From Acidimicrobiia bacterium (GTDB lineage Bacteria > Actinomycetota > Acidimicrobiia > Spongiisociales > ZC4RG35), in assembly GCA_963665765.1 (NCBI GenBank), contig OY762464.1:2674787-2738786 (forward strand): 64,000 nt of DNA, in the 5' to 3' direction. Numbering within the stretch: position 1 is the stretch's first letter; every line of letters starts with the position of its first letter. This document shows positions 43,313 through 52,557 of this stretch, one piece after another. The notes under the pieces were generated by a model that made no database searches, had not been told where the DNA came from, and saw only the letters and a program-made list of their open reading frames with translations. A program made the position numbers and the translations under genes.

Positions 43313-44317
43313 ATGACTAACGACAAAATCAATTGGGACCGCGTCAACGCCTACCTGGAGCGGAGCAAGACCCGGGCAGTACTCAAACCCTACGGATATC
43401 CCGACATCACCAACCCCTTCACCAGTGCCTACGCCGATGTGGATGTGGCGCCGCGCTGGCCGATTTCCGAAGAGGTGGCCATCTCGGTGGCGCTCACCGG
43501 CGGGTTTTTTATGACCCGCCACAACCCGGCCCAGCCCATCACTGAGCAGGAAATCATGGAGGCGGGCAGGGCCTGCATGCGAGCCGGCGCCTCGGCGCTT
43601 CACATCCATGTGCGCAACGAGATGGAGTTGTCCATCCTGGATCTGGCCCGTTTTGTCACCATCATCGAACCACTCCGTGACGAGTTCGATGACCTGTATG
43701 TGTCGGCGGGAGAAGTGGCGATCGGTCCCGACGACTGGAACGAGATGATCAAGATCACCAACTCGGGCCTGATCACCGGGTCACCGGTCAACACCACCGC
43801 CACCTTCTGCGGCGACACCCTGTTCGCCAAGCCTCCGGCAGTGGTGATCGAGAAGACCCGCATCCTGATGGAGGCGGGAGTAAAGCCCGAGATCGCGGTC
43901 TACACCGATGCCGATGTGGACAACGCCCGCCGCTACCTGATCGAATCGGGCCTGCTGGAAGAACCCCTCTACTGGGTGGTGCTACCGGCCCTTCCCGGTG
44001 GTAGCCCCATGCACAACCCCCGCCAGATGATCTCGGGCCTCACCCGGATAGTCGACTCCATCTTCGACATCAACCCCAACTCCATCATCTCGGTGTGCGC
44101 GTCCGGCCGTCCCTCGGTCTACCTGGTCACCCTGGCCATGCTCATGGGCCTCCACGTCCGCCTGGGAATGGAGGACACCGTCTGGCGCTACCCGCATCGC
44201 GACGAGTTGATCGCCTCCAACCTGCAGCAACTACAAGCCGTGACAGCAATAGCCGAAAACCTCGGCCGCCACCCCATGTCCGGCGCCCGCTACCGGGAGC
44301 TACTAGGGGTGGTGTGA
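43313..44317 (+). CDS. 3-keto-5-aminohexanoate cleavage enzyme family (BKACE/DUF849)
   Basis: GASALHIHVRN, HVRLGMEDTVWRY and NLQQLQAVTAIAENLGRHPMSGARYRELLG are typical BKACE segments. Confidence 0.8.
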   Translation: MTNDKINWDRVNAYLERSKTRAVLKPYGYPDITNPFTSAYADVDVAPRWPISEEVAISVALTGGFFMTRHNPAQPITEQEIMEAGRACMRAGASALHIHVRNEMELSILDLARFVTIIEPLRDEFDDLYVSAGEVAIGPDDWNEMIKITNSGLITGSPVNTTATFCGDTLFAKPPAVVIEKTRILMEAGVKPEIAVYTDADVDNARRYLIESGLLEEPLYWVVLPALPGGSPMHNPRQMISGLTRIVDSIFDINPNSIISVCASGRPSVYLVTLAMLMGLHVRLGMEDTVWRYPHRDELIASNLQQLQAVTAIAENLGRHPMSGARYRELLGVV

Positions 44318-44405
44318 CATTTCAAACACAAGAACCCCGGGGCGCATAGCGATCATTCAGCGGGTCACGCCGGTGGGAGGCGAGTTGTCGTAACCTAGGA
44401 TCGAT

Positions 44406-45113
44406 ATGGTGCGGACCAAAGAGGTGGCCGGCAATGTGTGGTCGGCCGAGGAGTTGACTGCTCGCCGGCCGCGTTGCGACCGGCCCTATCGAAATGGGGA
44501 CGATTGTGGGTGTCCGCCCTTGGTGGAAGCCGTTCCTCCGCGGGGTTACGAGTTTCCCGACGATGGGCCATTCGCAGACCGGAAGTTCTGTGTCGGCGTG
44601 GCGTTGGGTACGGTGCGAGCCTACGCCCAGGGGGTGGAAGTCGAATTCATAGCCCGGATGTCCGGGTTGAACCCGGGCCATGTGGGATGGGCTTTGCAGT
44701 GCCTGGAGCGGGAGGGGCTGGTGTCGGTGGAATCCCGCACGATTCCCTGGTATTACGACAGCAGGCCGGCCCACCGATGGCGGGAAAACCCTGTTCCGCA
44801 ACTGTTGGGACAGCCGTTGCCCAGCTTCACCAGTCTGCCGAATCCCTCTCTTCCGACGCGGATTCCCCCACAGTTTTGGTGGATGTTCTGGTCGGGGACT
44901 GACCCCATGTTTCTTAGTCTGCCTGAACACGCCTGGTATGTGGCGTCTCGGATGTTGGTGCCCAACGGGTCGATGCGTTATCCCCCGGCCGAGACCTGGG
45001 CATTGAATCACCTGCCCCCTTGGGCGCTTCGCAAACTGTTGGATTCCCGAGGGTACGGCGACTCTCCGGTTGCCTCTCGCATCAGATGGAAGCTCTGCCA
45101 TTCGGAGATATGA
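44406..45113 (+). CDS. Winged-helix protein, putative AbiEi-like antitoxin
   Basis: FIARMSGLNPGHVGWALQCLEREGLVSVES is a wHTH. Its stop overlaps the ATG of the nucleotidyltransferase gene (ATGA). Confidence 0.45.
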   Translation: MVRTKEVAGNVWSAEELTARRPRCDRPYRNGDDCGCPPLVEAVPPRGYEFPDDGPFADRKFCVGVALGTVRAYAQGVEVEFIARMSGLNPGHVGWALQCLEREGLVSVESRTIPWYYDSRPAHRWRENPVPQLLGQPLPSFTSLPNPSLPTRIPPQFWWMFWSGTDPMFLSLPEHAWYVASRMLVPNGSMRYPPAETWALNHLPPWALRKLLDSRGYGDSPVASRIRWKLCHSEI

Positions 45114-45814
45114 CGTTGTTTGACGCATCCAAGTGGGAAGAGGCCCGCTATGTGGTCGAAGAGGTCTTGCCGAAAGTAGCGGTGGCGGTGGCCGACATCG
45201 AAGGAGTGTTGGTGGGAGGAACGGCTTTGGCTTGGCATCTTCGCCACCGACCGTCTTTCGACCTCGACATTCTGGTTTCTTCCGAATTTGACGAAGGGGA
45301 GGTGTCTGATTGTCTTACGACTGGGGCCGACACTTTCGAGGGACTGTTCAGAGCTCCGAGCCGGATCGCGGCGAGGATTGACGGGGTGACGGTGCAAATA
45401 TGGAAGAGTTCCACCCCCCAGGTTCCTGTGAAAACCGGACCCCTGGTTTCGGGTATGAGACTTGCTTCTCTACCCGACCTCTTCGCCTTGAAATTGCGAG
45501 CTGTTCGGGGCCGCGCCGCGCTCCGTGACTACATTGACATCGCAACACTGATCCAAGAAGTGATGAGCCTTGAGGATGGCTTACGCGCCTATGCGATGCG
45601 GTACGGGCTTTTTCTGATCTATGACGACCTGAGCGATGTCCTCTCCACTCTTACACCTCCGCCCCGGGACCTCCCCCCCGATCCATTGTTTGACGATCTG
45701 GCCCCGCCGGTGCTGGAAACAGTTCACCAGGCCGCCTCCCGGGCCTTGCGTTGGATTACCGGTCACGACTGTGCGGACGGCTTTTCGGGCGAGGAACCCA
45801 AGTCGCCCCGGTAG
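45110..45814 (+). CDS. Nucleotidyltransferase AbiEii/AbiGii-type toxin family protein
   Basis: ATG 45110. LVGGTALAWHLRHRPSFDLDIL (G..A......R.S.DlD) and LFALKLRAVRGRAALRDYIDIATL (K..A...R....D..D) match the AbiEii core. Confidence 0.65.
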   Translation: MTLFDASKWEEARYVVEEVLPKVAVAVADIEGVLVGGTALAWHLRHRPSFDLDILVSSEFDEGEVSDCLTTGADTFEGLFRAPSRIAARIDGVTVQIWKSSTPQVPVKTGPLVSGMRLASLPDLFALKLRAVRGRAALRDYIDIATLIQEVMSLEDGLRAYAMRYGLFLIYDDLSDVLSTLTPPPRDLPPDPLFDDLAPPVLETVHQAASRALRWITGHDCADGFSGEEPKSPR

Positions 45815-45927
45815 CCGAACCTCGATGACGGCTTGTTGCCGGGCCTAGATGCACTGTCCAAGGCGGCCAGGCAATCGGAACTGCGTGAGAAGGGTCGCCC
45901 GGTTGAGCTTTGGCTTGGAGCGGTGGT

Positions 45928-46050
45928 TCACAGCGTGAGTAGCCTCCCCATTGCCAGATCTTCCTCGGCTTCGGCCAAGGCTTTCCTGGTATCGGGATTA
46001 GCAAGGATGTTGAGAGTCTCGACAAGCGACTCGTAATCCTCGTAGGTCAT
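45928..46050 (-). pseudogene. Possible C-terminal fragment of a Phd/YefM-type antitoxin
   Basis: 40-codon ORF (below the track cutoff): MTYEDYESLVETLNILANPDTRKALAEAEEDLAMGRLLTL. It resembles the C-terminal half of Phd/YefM antitoxins. No toxin ORF is recognisable downstream. Confidence 0.25.
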
Positions 46051-46059
46051 AGCCAGCGC

Positions 46060-47238
46060 TTAGGGGCGTTCGAAGATGGCCGCCATGCCCTGGCCGCCTC
46101 CGATGCACATGGTCACGATGCCCCGGCGCCCGCCGGTGCGCTCCAGAGATCGCATCAGCTTGATGGCCAGAATCGCCCCGGTGGCGCCCACCGGGTGTCC
46201 CAGTGCGATGGCGCCGCCGTCGATGTTGGTTTTCTCGGGGTCGAGGTCGGCGTCTCGGATCACGGCCGCGGCTTGGGCGGCGAACGCCTCGTTGAGCTCG
46301 ATCAGGTCGATGTCGTCCAGGGTCAGTCCGGCCTTTTCGAGCACCTTGGGAACGGCAAGTGCGGGAGCGTATCCCATCACCTCGGGGTCGATTCCGCTGA
46401 CCGCCCAGGCCACCAGGCGCAGGAGGGGTTCCGCTCCCCGGGCTTCGGCGGTCTTTTGGCTCATGAGTACCACCGAAGCGGCGCCGTCGTTGATACCCGA
46501 GGAGTTTCCGGCGGTAACCGAGCCGCCCTTGGCGAATACGGGGCGCAGCCGGGCCAGGGTTTCCACGGTGGTGTTGGGCCGGGGATGTTCGTCAGCGAGG
46601 AACGGGGGATTGTTCTTGGGAAGGTCCACTCCCACGATGTCGTCGGCGAAGTGGCCGTTCTTGATGGCGAGGGCGGCGCGGCGCTGGCTTTCGGCGGCCA
46701 GGCGGTCCTGCTCCGAGCGGCTGACATCGTAGCGTTCGGCCACCTTCTCGGCCGTGGCGCCCATCGGGTATCCGCCGAAGGGATCGGACACCAGGGACAG
46801 GGTGCCGTCGATGATCTTGCGAGGGCCCAGCTTCCAACCGTCGCGGGCCTGGTAGTCCAAGAATGGCTGGCTGCTCATGTTCTCATCACCCCCGGCCACC
46901 ACGATGTCCGCCGATCCCAGCATGACTTGCTGGGCGCCGGTGATGATGGCCTGCAGACCCGATGAGCACAGCCGGTTGACGTTCATGGCGGTGGTGGAGG
47001 TGGGAAGTCCCGCCTCCAGGGCGCAACGCCGGGCGTTGTAGGCGTCGGGTCCCACTTGGCCGATCTGGCCCATGACCACCTCGTCCACCTCTTGGGGCGC
47101 CACTCCGGCCCGTCGCAAGGACTCTTTGATGGTGATGGCGCCGAGTTTGTAGGCATCGATCCCGCTCAGTGATCCACCGTAGCTCCCGATGGCGGTCCGA
47201 GCCGCTCCGACCACCACCACCGATTCCGTATTTGCCAT
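46060..47238 (-). CDS. Acetyl-CoA C-acetyltransferase (thiolase)
   Basis: ATG 47238 preceded by AGGA. VNRLCSSGLQAI (active Cys), NEAFAAQ, GHPVGATG and CIGGGQG. Confidence 0.9.
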   Translation of the reverse strand: MANTESVVVVGAARTAIGSYGGSLSGIDAYKLGAITIKESLRRAGVAPQEVDEVVMGQIGQVGPDAYNARRCALEAGLPTSTTAMNVNRLCSSGLQAIITGAQQVMLGSADIVVAGGDENMSSQPFLDYQARDGWKLGPRKIIDGTLSLVSDPFGGYPMGATAEKVAERYDVSRSEQDRLAAESQRRAALAIKNGHFADDIVGVDLPKNNPPFLADEHPRPNTTVETLARLRPVFAKGGSVTAGNSSGINDGAASVVLMSQKTAEARGAEPLLRLVAWAVSGIDPEVMGYAPALAVPKVLEKAGLTLDDIDLIELNEAFAAQAAAVIRDADLDPEKTNIDGGAIALGHPVGATGAILAIKLMRSLERTGGRRGIVTMCIGGGQGMAAIFERP

Positions 47239-47470
47239 GTCCGTTCCTCTCACACCGCGTGTTCTCGATTCTGAAATCGGATCTCCGGCGTACCCCGAAT
47301 CTCAGACCGAATCAGCGCTGATAATACTTGCCATCCCTCAGGACGGGTCGAAATGATTTGGGATTCCCCCGGCCTGTGGAGGATAATCTTCCTCTGATTC
47401 GTGGGCGTTGCGGGCAAACGGGCACAGGTGGTCGAAAGTGACGCTGAATTCCATCCTGTTCCCTCCTCCA

Positions 47471-48709
47471 TCAATCCCAAACGTACGGGTCGGGCACGAA
47501 TCCGGGGTCAAAGCGCCCTATCTCGGCTCGGGCAACCGCCCGCCGATGCACCTCGTCGGGCCCGTCCGCCATCTGCAGCCAGCGCCCCATGGCGTAGAAG
47601 GAGGCCAGGGGGAGGTCGTCGGTGAACCCGGCGCCTCCGAATATCTGAATGGCGCGATCCGCCACGTAGCAGAGCACTTCGGGCACCACCACCTTGATGG
47701 CCGAGATCTCCACCCGCGCTCCTTTGACTCCCATTTTGTCGATCAGCCAGGCGGTTTTCAGCACCAGCAACCTGGCCTGTTCGATCTTCATGCGGGACTC
47801 GGCGATCCACTCGCGGACCACGCCTTGTTGAGCCACCGTCTTGCGGAAAGCGGTCCGCGCCTTGGCGCGGCTCACCATCATGGAAAAACACCGTTCGGCC
47901 GCCCCGATGGCCCGCATGCAGTGATGAATCCGTCCTGGTCCCAGTCGAGCCTGGGCGATGGCGAAACCGGATCCCTCGGTGCCCAAGAGATTTTCCGCCG
48001 GCACCCGCACCCGGTCGTAATGGATGGTGACGTGCCCGCCCCGGTGCTGGTATCCAAAGACGGTGGGGGTGTCTTCGATGATCACGCCCGGGCTGTCCAA
48101 GGGGACCAGAATCATGCTCTGCCGGCGATAGGGATCAGCGTCGGGATTGGTGACTCCCATCACGATGGCCACCCTCGCCCGCTCGGCGGCCCCGCCGGAG
48201 GAGAACCATTTGCGTCCCCTGATCACATAGTGATCTGCATCCCGTTCGATCCTGGTGCGGATATTCCGGGCGTCGCTGGAGGCCACGTCGGGTTCGGTCA
48301 TCGAAAAAATCGAGCGGATCTTCCCATCCAGCAGCGGATGCAGCCAACGCTCCTGCTGGTAGGGCGTGCCGAACATGTGGAGTATCTCCATGTTGCCGGT
48401 GTCCGGGGCCGAACAGTTGATGGCTTCCGGCGCCAGCTCGGGGCTGTGTCCGGTTATCTCGGCCAGGGGAGCGTATTCGGAGACCGACAGGCCGCCCCCA
48501 TGTTCGGAGTCGGGCAGGAACAGGTTCCACAGTCCCCGGGCGCGGGCTTCCGATTTGAGGTCCTCGATGACCTGGGGGTGGTGATGGGGGTTTCCGGAGT
48601 CTTCGATTTGTTGTTCATAGACGGGCTCGGCCGGGATCACCCGACTCTCAACGAAATCCCGGAGTTCTTTTCGGAGAGCCTCGACCCGGGGCGTGTAAGA
48701 AAAATCCAT
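47471..48709 (-). CDS. Acyl-CoA dehydrogenase (FadE, ACAD10/11-like)
   Basis: 412 aa with SMTEPDVASSDA, GRKWFSSG, IAQARLGPGRIHHCMR and IQIFGGAGF. Confidence 0.9.
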   Translation of the reverse strand: MDFSYTPRVEALRKELRDFVESRVIPAEPVYEQQIEDSGNPHHHPQVIEDLKSEARARGLWNLFLPDSEHGGGLSVSEYAPLAEITGHSPELAPEAINCSAPDTGNMEILHMFGTPYQQERWLHPLLDGKIRSIFSMTEPDVASSDARNIRTRIERDADHYVIRGRKWFSSGGAAERARVAIVMGVTNPDADPYRRQSMILVPLDSPGVIIEDTPTVFGYQHRGGHVTIHYDRVRVPAENLLGTEGSGFAIAQARLGPGRIHHCMRAIGAAERCFSMMVSRAKARTAFRKTVAQQGVVREWIAESRMKIEQARLLVLKTAWLIDKMGVKGARVEISAIKVVVPEVLCYVADRAIQIFGGAGFTDDLPLASFYAMGRWLQMADGPDEVHRRAVARAEIGRFDPGFVPDPYVWD

Positions 48710-48821
48710 TACCTCAATACATTATCCGCATTGGTCGGCATCATGGTCCGACTCGCTCCCCGAGGAAAAAGTCTTGGAGCGTGAATGTCCGTGAGGTGCC
48801 GAAGAGATTCGTTGGGCTCCC

Positions 48822-49481
48822 TTACTCTCGGTCGAGGAGGATGCGGCGCCACCACTCTCGGGCGGCGGGGATGCCCCCCACGCCGAAGGCGATGGCGAGA
48901 GTGACCCCCACAGTGCTCACCACGCCGATGAACAGGGTGTTCACTATCTCCTCGGCGATGTTCAGGGTATTGAGGGCCGCAAGGGCGCCGAAGCCGATCA
49001 CCATCCAGCGCGCCGTCTCCGGCAACCAGCCTATGCTGTGATCCTGGGACCAAGGGGTGGAGACCTCGGCCAGGAAAGCGCCGATAGCCGCTGAGACGAT
49101 CACGATGATGATGGCCACCACCACCAGGGGCAGATATGAAATCAGCGCGCTCAACAGATCGCTGAGATGATCCACCTCCAACGTTTGAGCCGCCAGCAGC
49201 AGGACCACCAACAGGGCGGCCCAGTACACCGCCCGGGCAACCAGGTCGGCGGCAGTGATACCCGCCTCCTTGAGCCGTTTGGCGAGCCCCGCCCTTTCCA
49301 GAATCCGATCAAGGCCAACCCCCTGCAACAGGCGGGATGCGCCCCGATGGATGAGGCGGGACAACAGCCACCCGACAAAAAGAATCACCATCGCGCCGAA
49401 GAACCTGGGCAGGAAGGTGATCACATCCTGCCATGCCTGTTGAAGACCGCTCGACACGCCATCAATAAAATCTTGCATCAT
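48822..49481 (-). CDS. Membrane protein with conserved TM-helix repeats (mechanosensitive-channel-associated type)
   Basis: Start taken at the ATG pair 49481/49478 (MMQDFIDG...). Repeated pattern of a TM helix followed by a charged loop (LPRFFGAMVILFVGWLLSRL...). Family recalled only loosely. Confidence 0.4.
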   Translation of the reverse strand: MMQDFIDGVSSGLQQAWQDVITFLPRFFGAMVILFVGWLLSRLIHRGASRLLQGVGLDRILERAGLAKRLKEAGITAADLVARAVYWAALLVVLLLAAQTLEVDHLSDLLSALISYLPLVVVAIIIVIVSAAIGAFLAEVSTPWSQDHSIGWLPETARWMVIGFGALAALNTLNIAEEIVNTLFIGVVSTVGVTLAIAFGVGGIPAAREWWRRILLDRE

Positions 49482-49653
49482 AAACCTCGTTTCGGTCATA
49501 ATCTGCCCCATCGCAATCCAGGTTGGTGGGCATTGACACGGCCCCGGATAGAGGGAATTGTATGCCAAACCCTCCTGACATTGTGGTTTTGTTACGGTCC
49601 GGGGACCATCGTGAACCATGATCCGCCGCTTGGGAATAATGGGACACGGTCGT

Positions 49654-50400
49654 TCACTTGTCCTCCAAGCCCTTTTGGTGGGAAGGGGGAGCGGTGTCGA
49701 GCAGGAAATGCTCCGGTGGGGGCGGCGTCACCGGTGGGCGGGGTTTTCGATTGAGGTTGGAAAGACTGCGGATTTCCATTATCAACATGACGACTGCGAA
49801 CAGGGAGATAATGGGAAAGTCGATCCGGAATGCCACCAGAGCCACGCCGGCCGAGGTGCACAGAAAGAACAGTCCGGCGACCCTTTCCGATCTGGTCGGC
49901 CAGAGCATGTCGATGACGGCCCGAAAAATATGGCCGCCGTCCAGCAGGCGAATGGGCAGCCAGTTGATCAGTCCCCAGCCCAGGTTCACCCACACCACCC
50001 AACCCAGGCCCAGCTGGAGCGGCCCGCGGCCCTGCCCGGCGAGGATCCACAGGGGGTAGGCCGCCGCTCCCACCACCAGTCCCAGCGCCGATCCGGCCGC
50101 GGCGATGGCGGCCCGTCGGGCCGGGGTGATGATCCGAGCGCCGGGCTGCCAGGAGGTGAGTCCGCCCAGAGCCCACAATTCCATGGTCACCGTGGCGCCG
50201 AATCGCCGCGCCAGCAGAGCGTGTCCCAGTTCATGAACGATCACGGACGCCACCACCACCACCACCCAGATACCCAGCCGTCCCAGCATCTGGAGAGGGT
50301 GATGGGAAATGCTTCGAATCAGCGGCATCCCCAGCAAGGTGATCACGATCAAAAAGGAGAACTTGACTCTGAGCGGGATGCCAAGCAGTCGGAAGGTCAC
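49654..50400 (-). CDS. Site-2 protease family (M50) zinc metalloprotease
   Basis: VHELGHALLARRFG (HExxH) and NLLPIRLLDGGH (LDG motif). Start set at GTG 50400 (VTFRLLGIPLRV, the usual family N-terminus). The track start is 50505. Confidence 0.75.
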   Translation of the reverse strand: MTFRLLGIPLRVKFSFLIVITLLGMPLIRSISHHPLQMLGRLGIWVVVVVASVIVHELGHALLARRFGATVTMELWALGGLTSWQPGARIITPARRAAIAAAGSALGLVVGAAAYPLWILAGQGRGPLQLGLGWVVWVNLGWGLINWLPIRLLDGGHIFRAVIDMLWPTRSERVAGLFFLCTSAGVALVAFRIDFPIISLFAVVMLIMEIRSLSNLNRKPRPPVTPPPPEHFLLDTAPPSHQKGLEDK

Positions 50401-50493
50401 AGTTCCCCCAATGATGGCGGGCGCTTCGGGGTATCGCCAACCCGGGTTCGGGAGGGAAGTACCCTTGCGACATCCGGCTAATCCGAGCGGAAC

Positions 50494-50667
50494 ATGGACG
50501 AGCACCCCACTTTGAATCAGGATCCGAGAGACGCCGTTTCGTCCTGCTTTGATCAGGTGGCTGACCTGTCCGGGCTGGTGGCCATTCCCTCGATCAGTGC
50601 GGCCGGAGTCGATCCGGGGCAGGCGGCGGCGCGGCGGGTCATGGGGAGGGGACCCGTGGGGGCATGA
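50494..50667 (+). pseudogene. Possible N-terminal relic of an M20-family peptidase
   Basis: 57-codon ORF: [49 protein letters not shown]... The L..LV.IPS.S motif is the usual start of M20 dipeptidases. It terminates in ATGA with the nucS start. Confidence 0.3.
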
Positions 50668-51335
50668 GGCTGGTGATCGCGGAATGCACGGTTGATTATC
50701 ACGGCCGATTGGACGCTCACCTTCCCCGCTCCCGCCGGCTGATAATGGTCAAAGCGGACGGATGCGTGGCGATCCACGCTGATGGAGGCGCTTACAAACC
50801 GCTCAATTGGATGTCGGCGCCCAACACCCTGGATTGCGAGGACGGCCGGTGGCTGGTCACCAACCCCAAAGGGGAGCGATTGGAGATAAACCTTCACCAG
50901 GTGTTCTCGGACATCTCGCATGAGTTGGGAATCGACCCCGGCCTCGAAAAGGACGGGGTGGAGATCCACCTGCAGGAACTCTTGGCCGGCAATTTGGCAG
51001 TGATCGAGCCGGGGTTGAAACTCATCCGCCGGGAGTATCCCACCGCCATCGGTCCGATCGACCTGCTTTGCACCGATCCGGCGGGTGGGACGGTGGCCCT
51101 GGAGGTCAAACGTCGGGGGGAGATATCGGGGGTGGAACAGCTGACCCGTTATGTGACGCAGTTGAAACTCGACCCGCGGCTCACCCCGGTGCGCGGGATG
51201 CTGGTGGCCACCGCGGTGACTCCCCAGGCGCGGGTGCTGGCCGAGTCACGCTCATTGAGCGTTAGAGAGGTGGACTATCAGTTGCTTCGCGACCCCGAAT
51301 CGGGACCGCCCCGGCTTTTCGACCATTATCATTGA
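50664..51335 (+). CDS. nucS: Endonuclease NucS (EndoMS mismatch endonuclease)
   Basis: [25 protein letters not shown] and [10 protein letters not shown] (RecB-like D..E.K) are typical NucS segments. Confidence 0.9.
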   Translation: MRLVIAECTVDYHGRLDAHLPRSRRLIMVKADGCVAIHADGGAYKPLNWMSAPNTLDCEDGRWLVTNPKGERLEINLHQVFSDISHELGIDPGLEKDGVEIHLQELLAGNLAVIEPGLKLIRREYPTAIGPIDLLCTDPAGGTVALEVKRRGEISGVEQLTRYVTQLKLDPRLTPVRGMLVATAVTPQARVLAESRSLSVREVDYQLLRDPESGPPRLFDHYH

Positions 51336-51339
51336 GCGG

Positions 51340-51440
51340 GCAAACGCGGGAGCTCGGTGAAACCGGGCTGAGAGGGAGGATGGATCCTCCGACCGTCGGC
51401 ACCTGATCCGGGTAATACCGGCGAAGGAAGCTTTCGTTGG
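51340..51440 (+). ncRNA. TPP (THI-box) riboswitch
   Basis: cgcgggagctcggtgaaaccgggCTGAGAgggagg...cACCTGATCCGGGTAATACCGGCGaaggaagc contains the conserved CUGAGA and ACCUGAUCYGGnUAAUnCCGGCG elements. It sits ~50 nt upstream of a thiamine-type binding protein gene. Confidence 0.85.
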
Positions 51441-51489
51441 ACAAATCCCCACCGTTTCCCGGCTCCCCCGAATCAAAGGAGAGCCTGTC

Positions 51490-52518
51490 ATGCGTGGAAA
51501 ACCGGCGGTTTGGATAACCGGCATTGTCCTGGTCCTGGTGGCCTGCGGGGAGTCGAACCCCAACACCCTGACCATCATCAGTCACGATTCTTTTGCAGCG
51601 GGCGTCAGCGAACGGACCTTCGCTCCCTTCACGGCGGAAACCGGCGTCACGGTGAGGATCGTGCCGGCGGGAGACGCCGGGTCGCTGGTCAACCAGGCGA
51701 TTCTGACCAGGGACAATCCGTTGGCTGATGTGCTGTTCGGGGTGGACGACACTTTCCTGTCAAGGGCCTTGGACGCCGATATCTTTCGTCCCCATCGCTC
51801 CGAACTGCTGGACCGCACACCCGAGGACCTTCGTCCGGATGCCGAGAACCGGGTGACCCCCATCGACTTTGGGGACGTGTGTCTCAACTACGACCGGGAA
51901 GTCATCGCCGACGCGTCGGCGCCCCGCGGCCTGGCCGATCTGATCACCGAACCCTATCGTGGTCAGCTGGTGGTGGAGAGTCCCGCCACCTCCTCGCCGG
52001 GTCTGGCGTTCCTGCTAACCACCATCGCGGTGTTCGGGGAAGACGGCTGGCAGGACTACTGGCGGGCGTTGGTGGAAAACGACGTGGAGGTGGTGGCGGA
52101 CTGGGACACCGCCTATTACTCCTCCTTCACCCGGTACGGGGGCGACCGGCCCCTGGTGGTCTCCTATGCCTCCTCTCCGCCCGCCGAGGTTATCTTTTCC
52201 GATCCTCCCACCAACGTGGCGCCCACCGGGGTGGTGGGGCAGGACTGCTACCGGCAGATCGAATTCGCCGGGGTTTTGAGGGGGACCGAGTTCCCCGAGG
52301 CGGCCGGCGAGCTGATCGACTTTATGCTCTCGGTGGAATTTCAAGAGCAGATTCCTCTCACCTGGTTCGTGTTTCCGGCCAATGCCCAGACCCCTCTACC
52401 CCCCGAATTTGTCGAGCACACCGTCCTGCCCGACCAGCCCGTCTCGGTTGATCCGGCTCTGATAGACGCCCATCGTGAACGGTGGATCAAAGAGTGGACC
52501 GCTCTGGTGTTGGGGTAA
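51490..52518 (+). CDS. thiB: Thiamine ABC transporter substrate-binding lipoprotein
   Basis: AAGGAG then ATG. Signal VLVLVACGES (lipobox). Periplasmic binding protein of the iron/thiamine family. Riboswitch context. Confidence 0.8.
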   Translation: MRGKPAVWITGIVLVLVACGESNPNTLTIISHDSFAAGVSERTFAPFTAETGVTVRIVPAGDAGSLVNQAILTRDNPLADVLFGVDDTFLSRALDADIFRPHRSELLDRTPEDLRPDAENRVTPIDFGDVCLNYDREVIADASAPRGLADLITEPYRGQLVVESPATSSPGLAFLLTTIAVFGEDGWQDYWRALVENDVEVVADWDTAYYSSFTRYGGDRPLVVSYASSPPAEVIFSDPPTNVAPTGVVGQDCYRQIEFAGVLRGTEFPEAAGELIDFMLSVEFQEQIPLTWFVFPANAQTPLPPEFVEHTVLPDQPVSVDPALIDAHRERWIKEWTALVLG

Positions 52519-52557
52519 GGCACCTCATGCCGTGGTGGTTGACGGGAGGGGAGTCGG

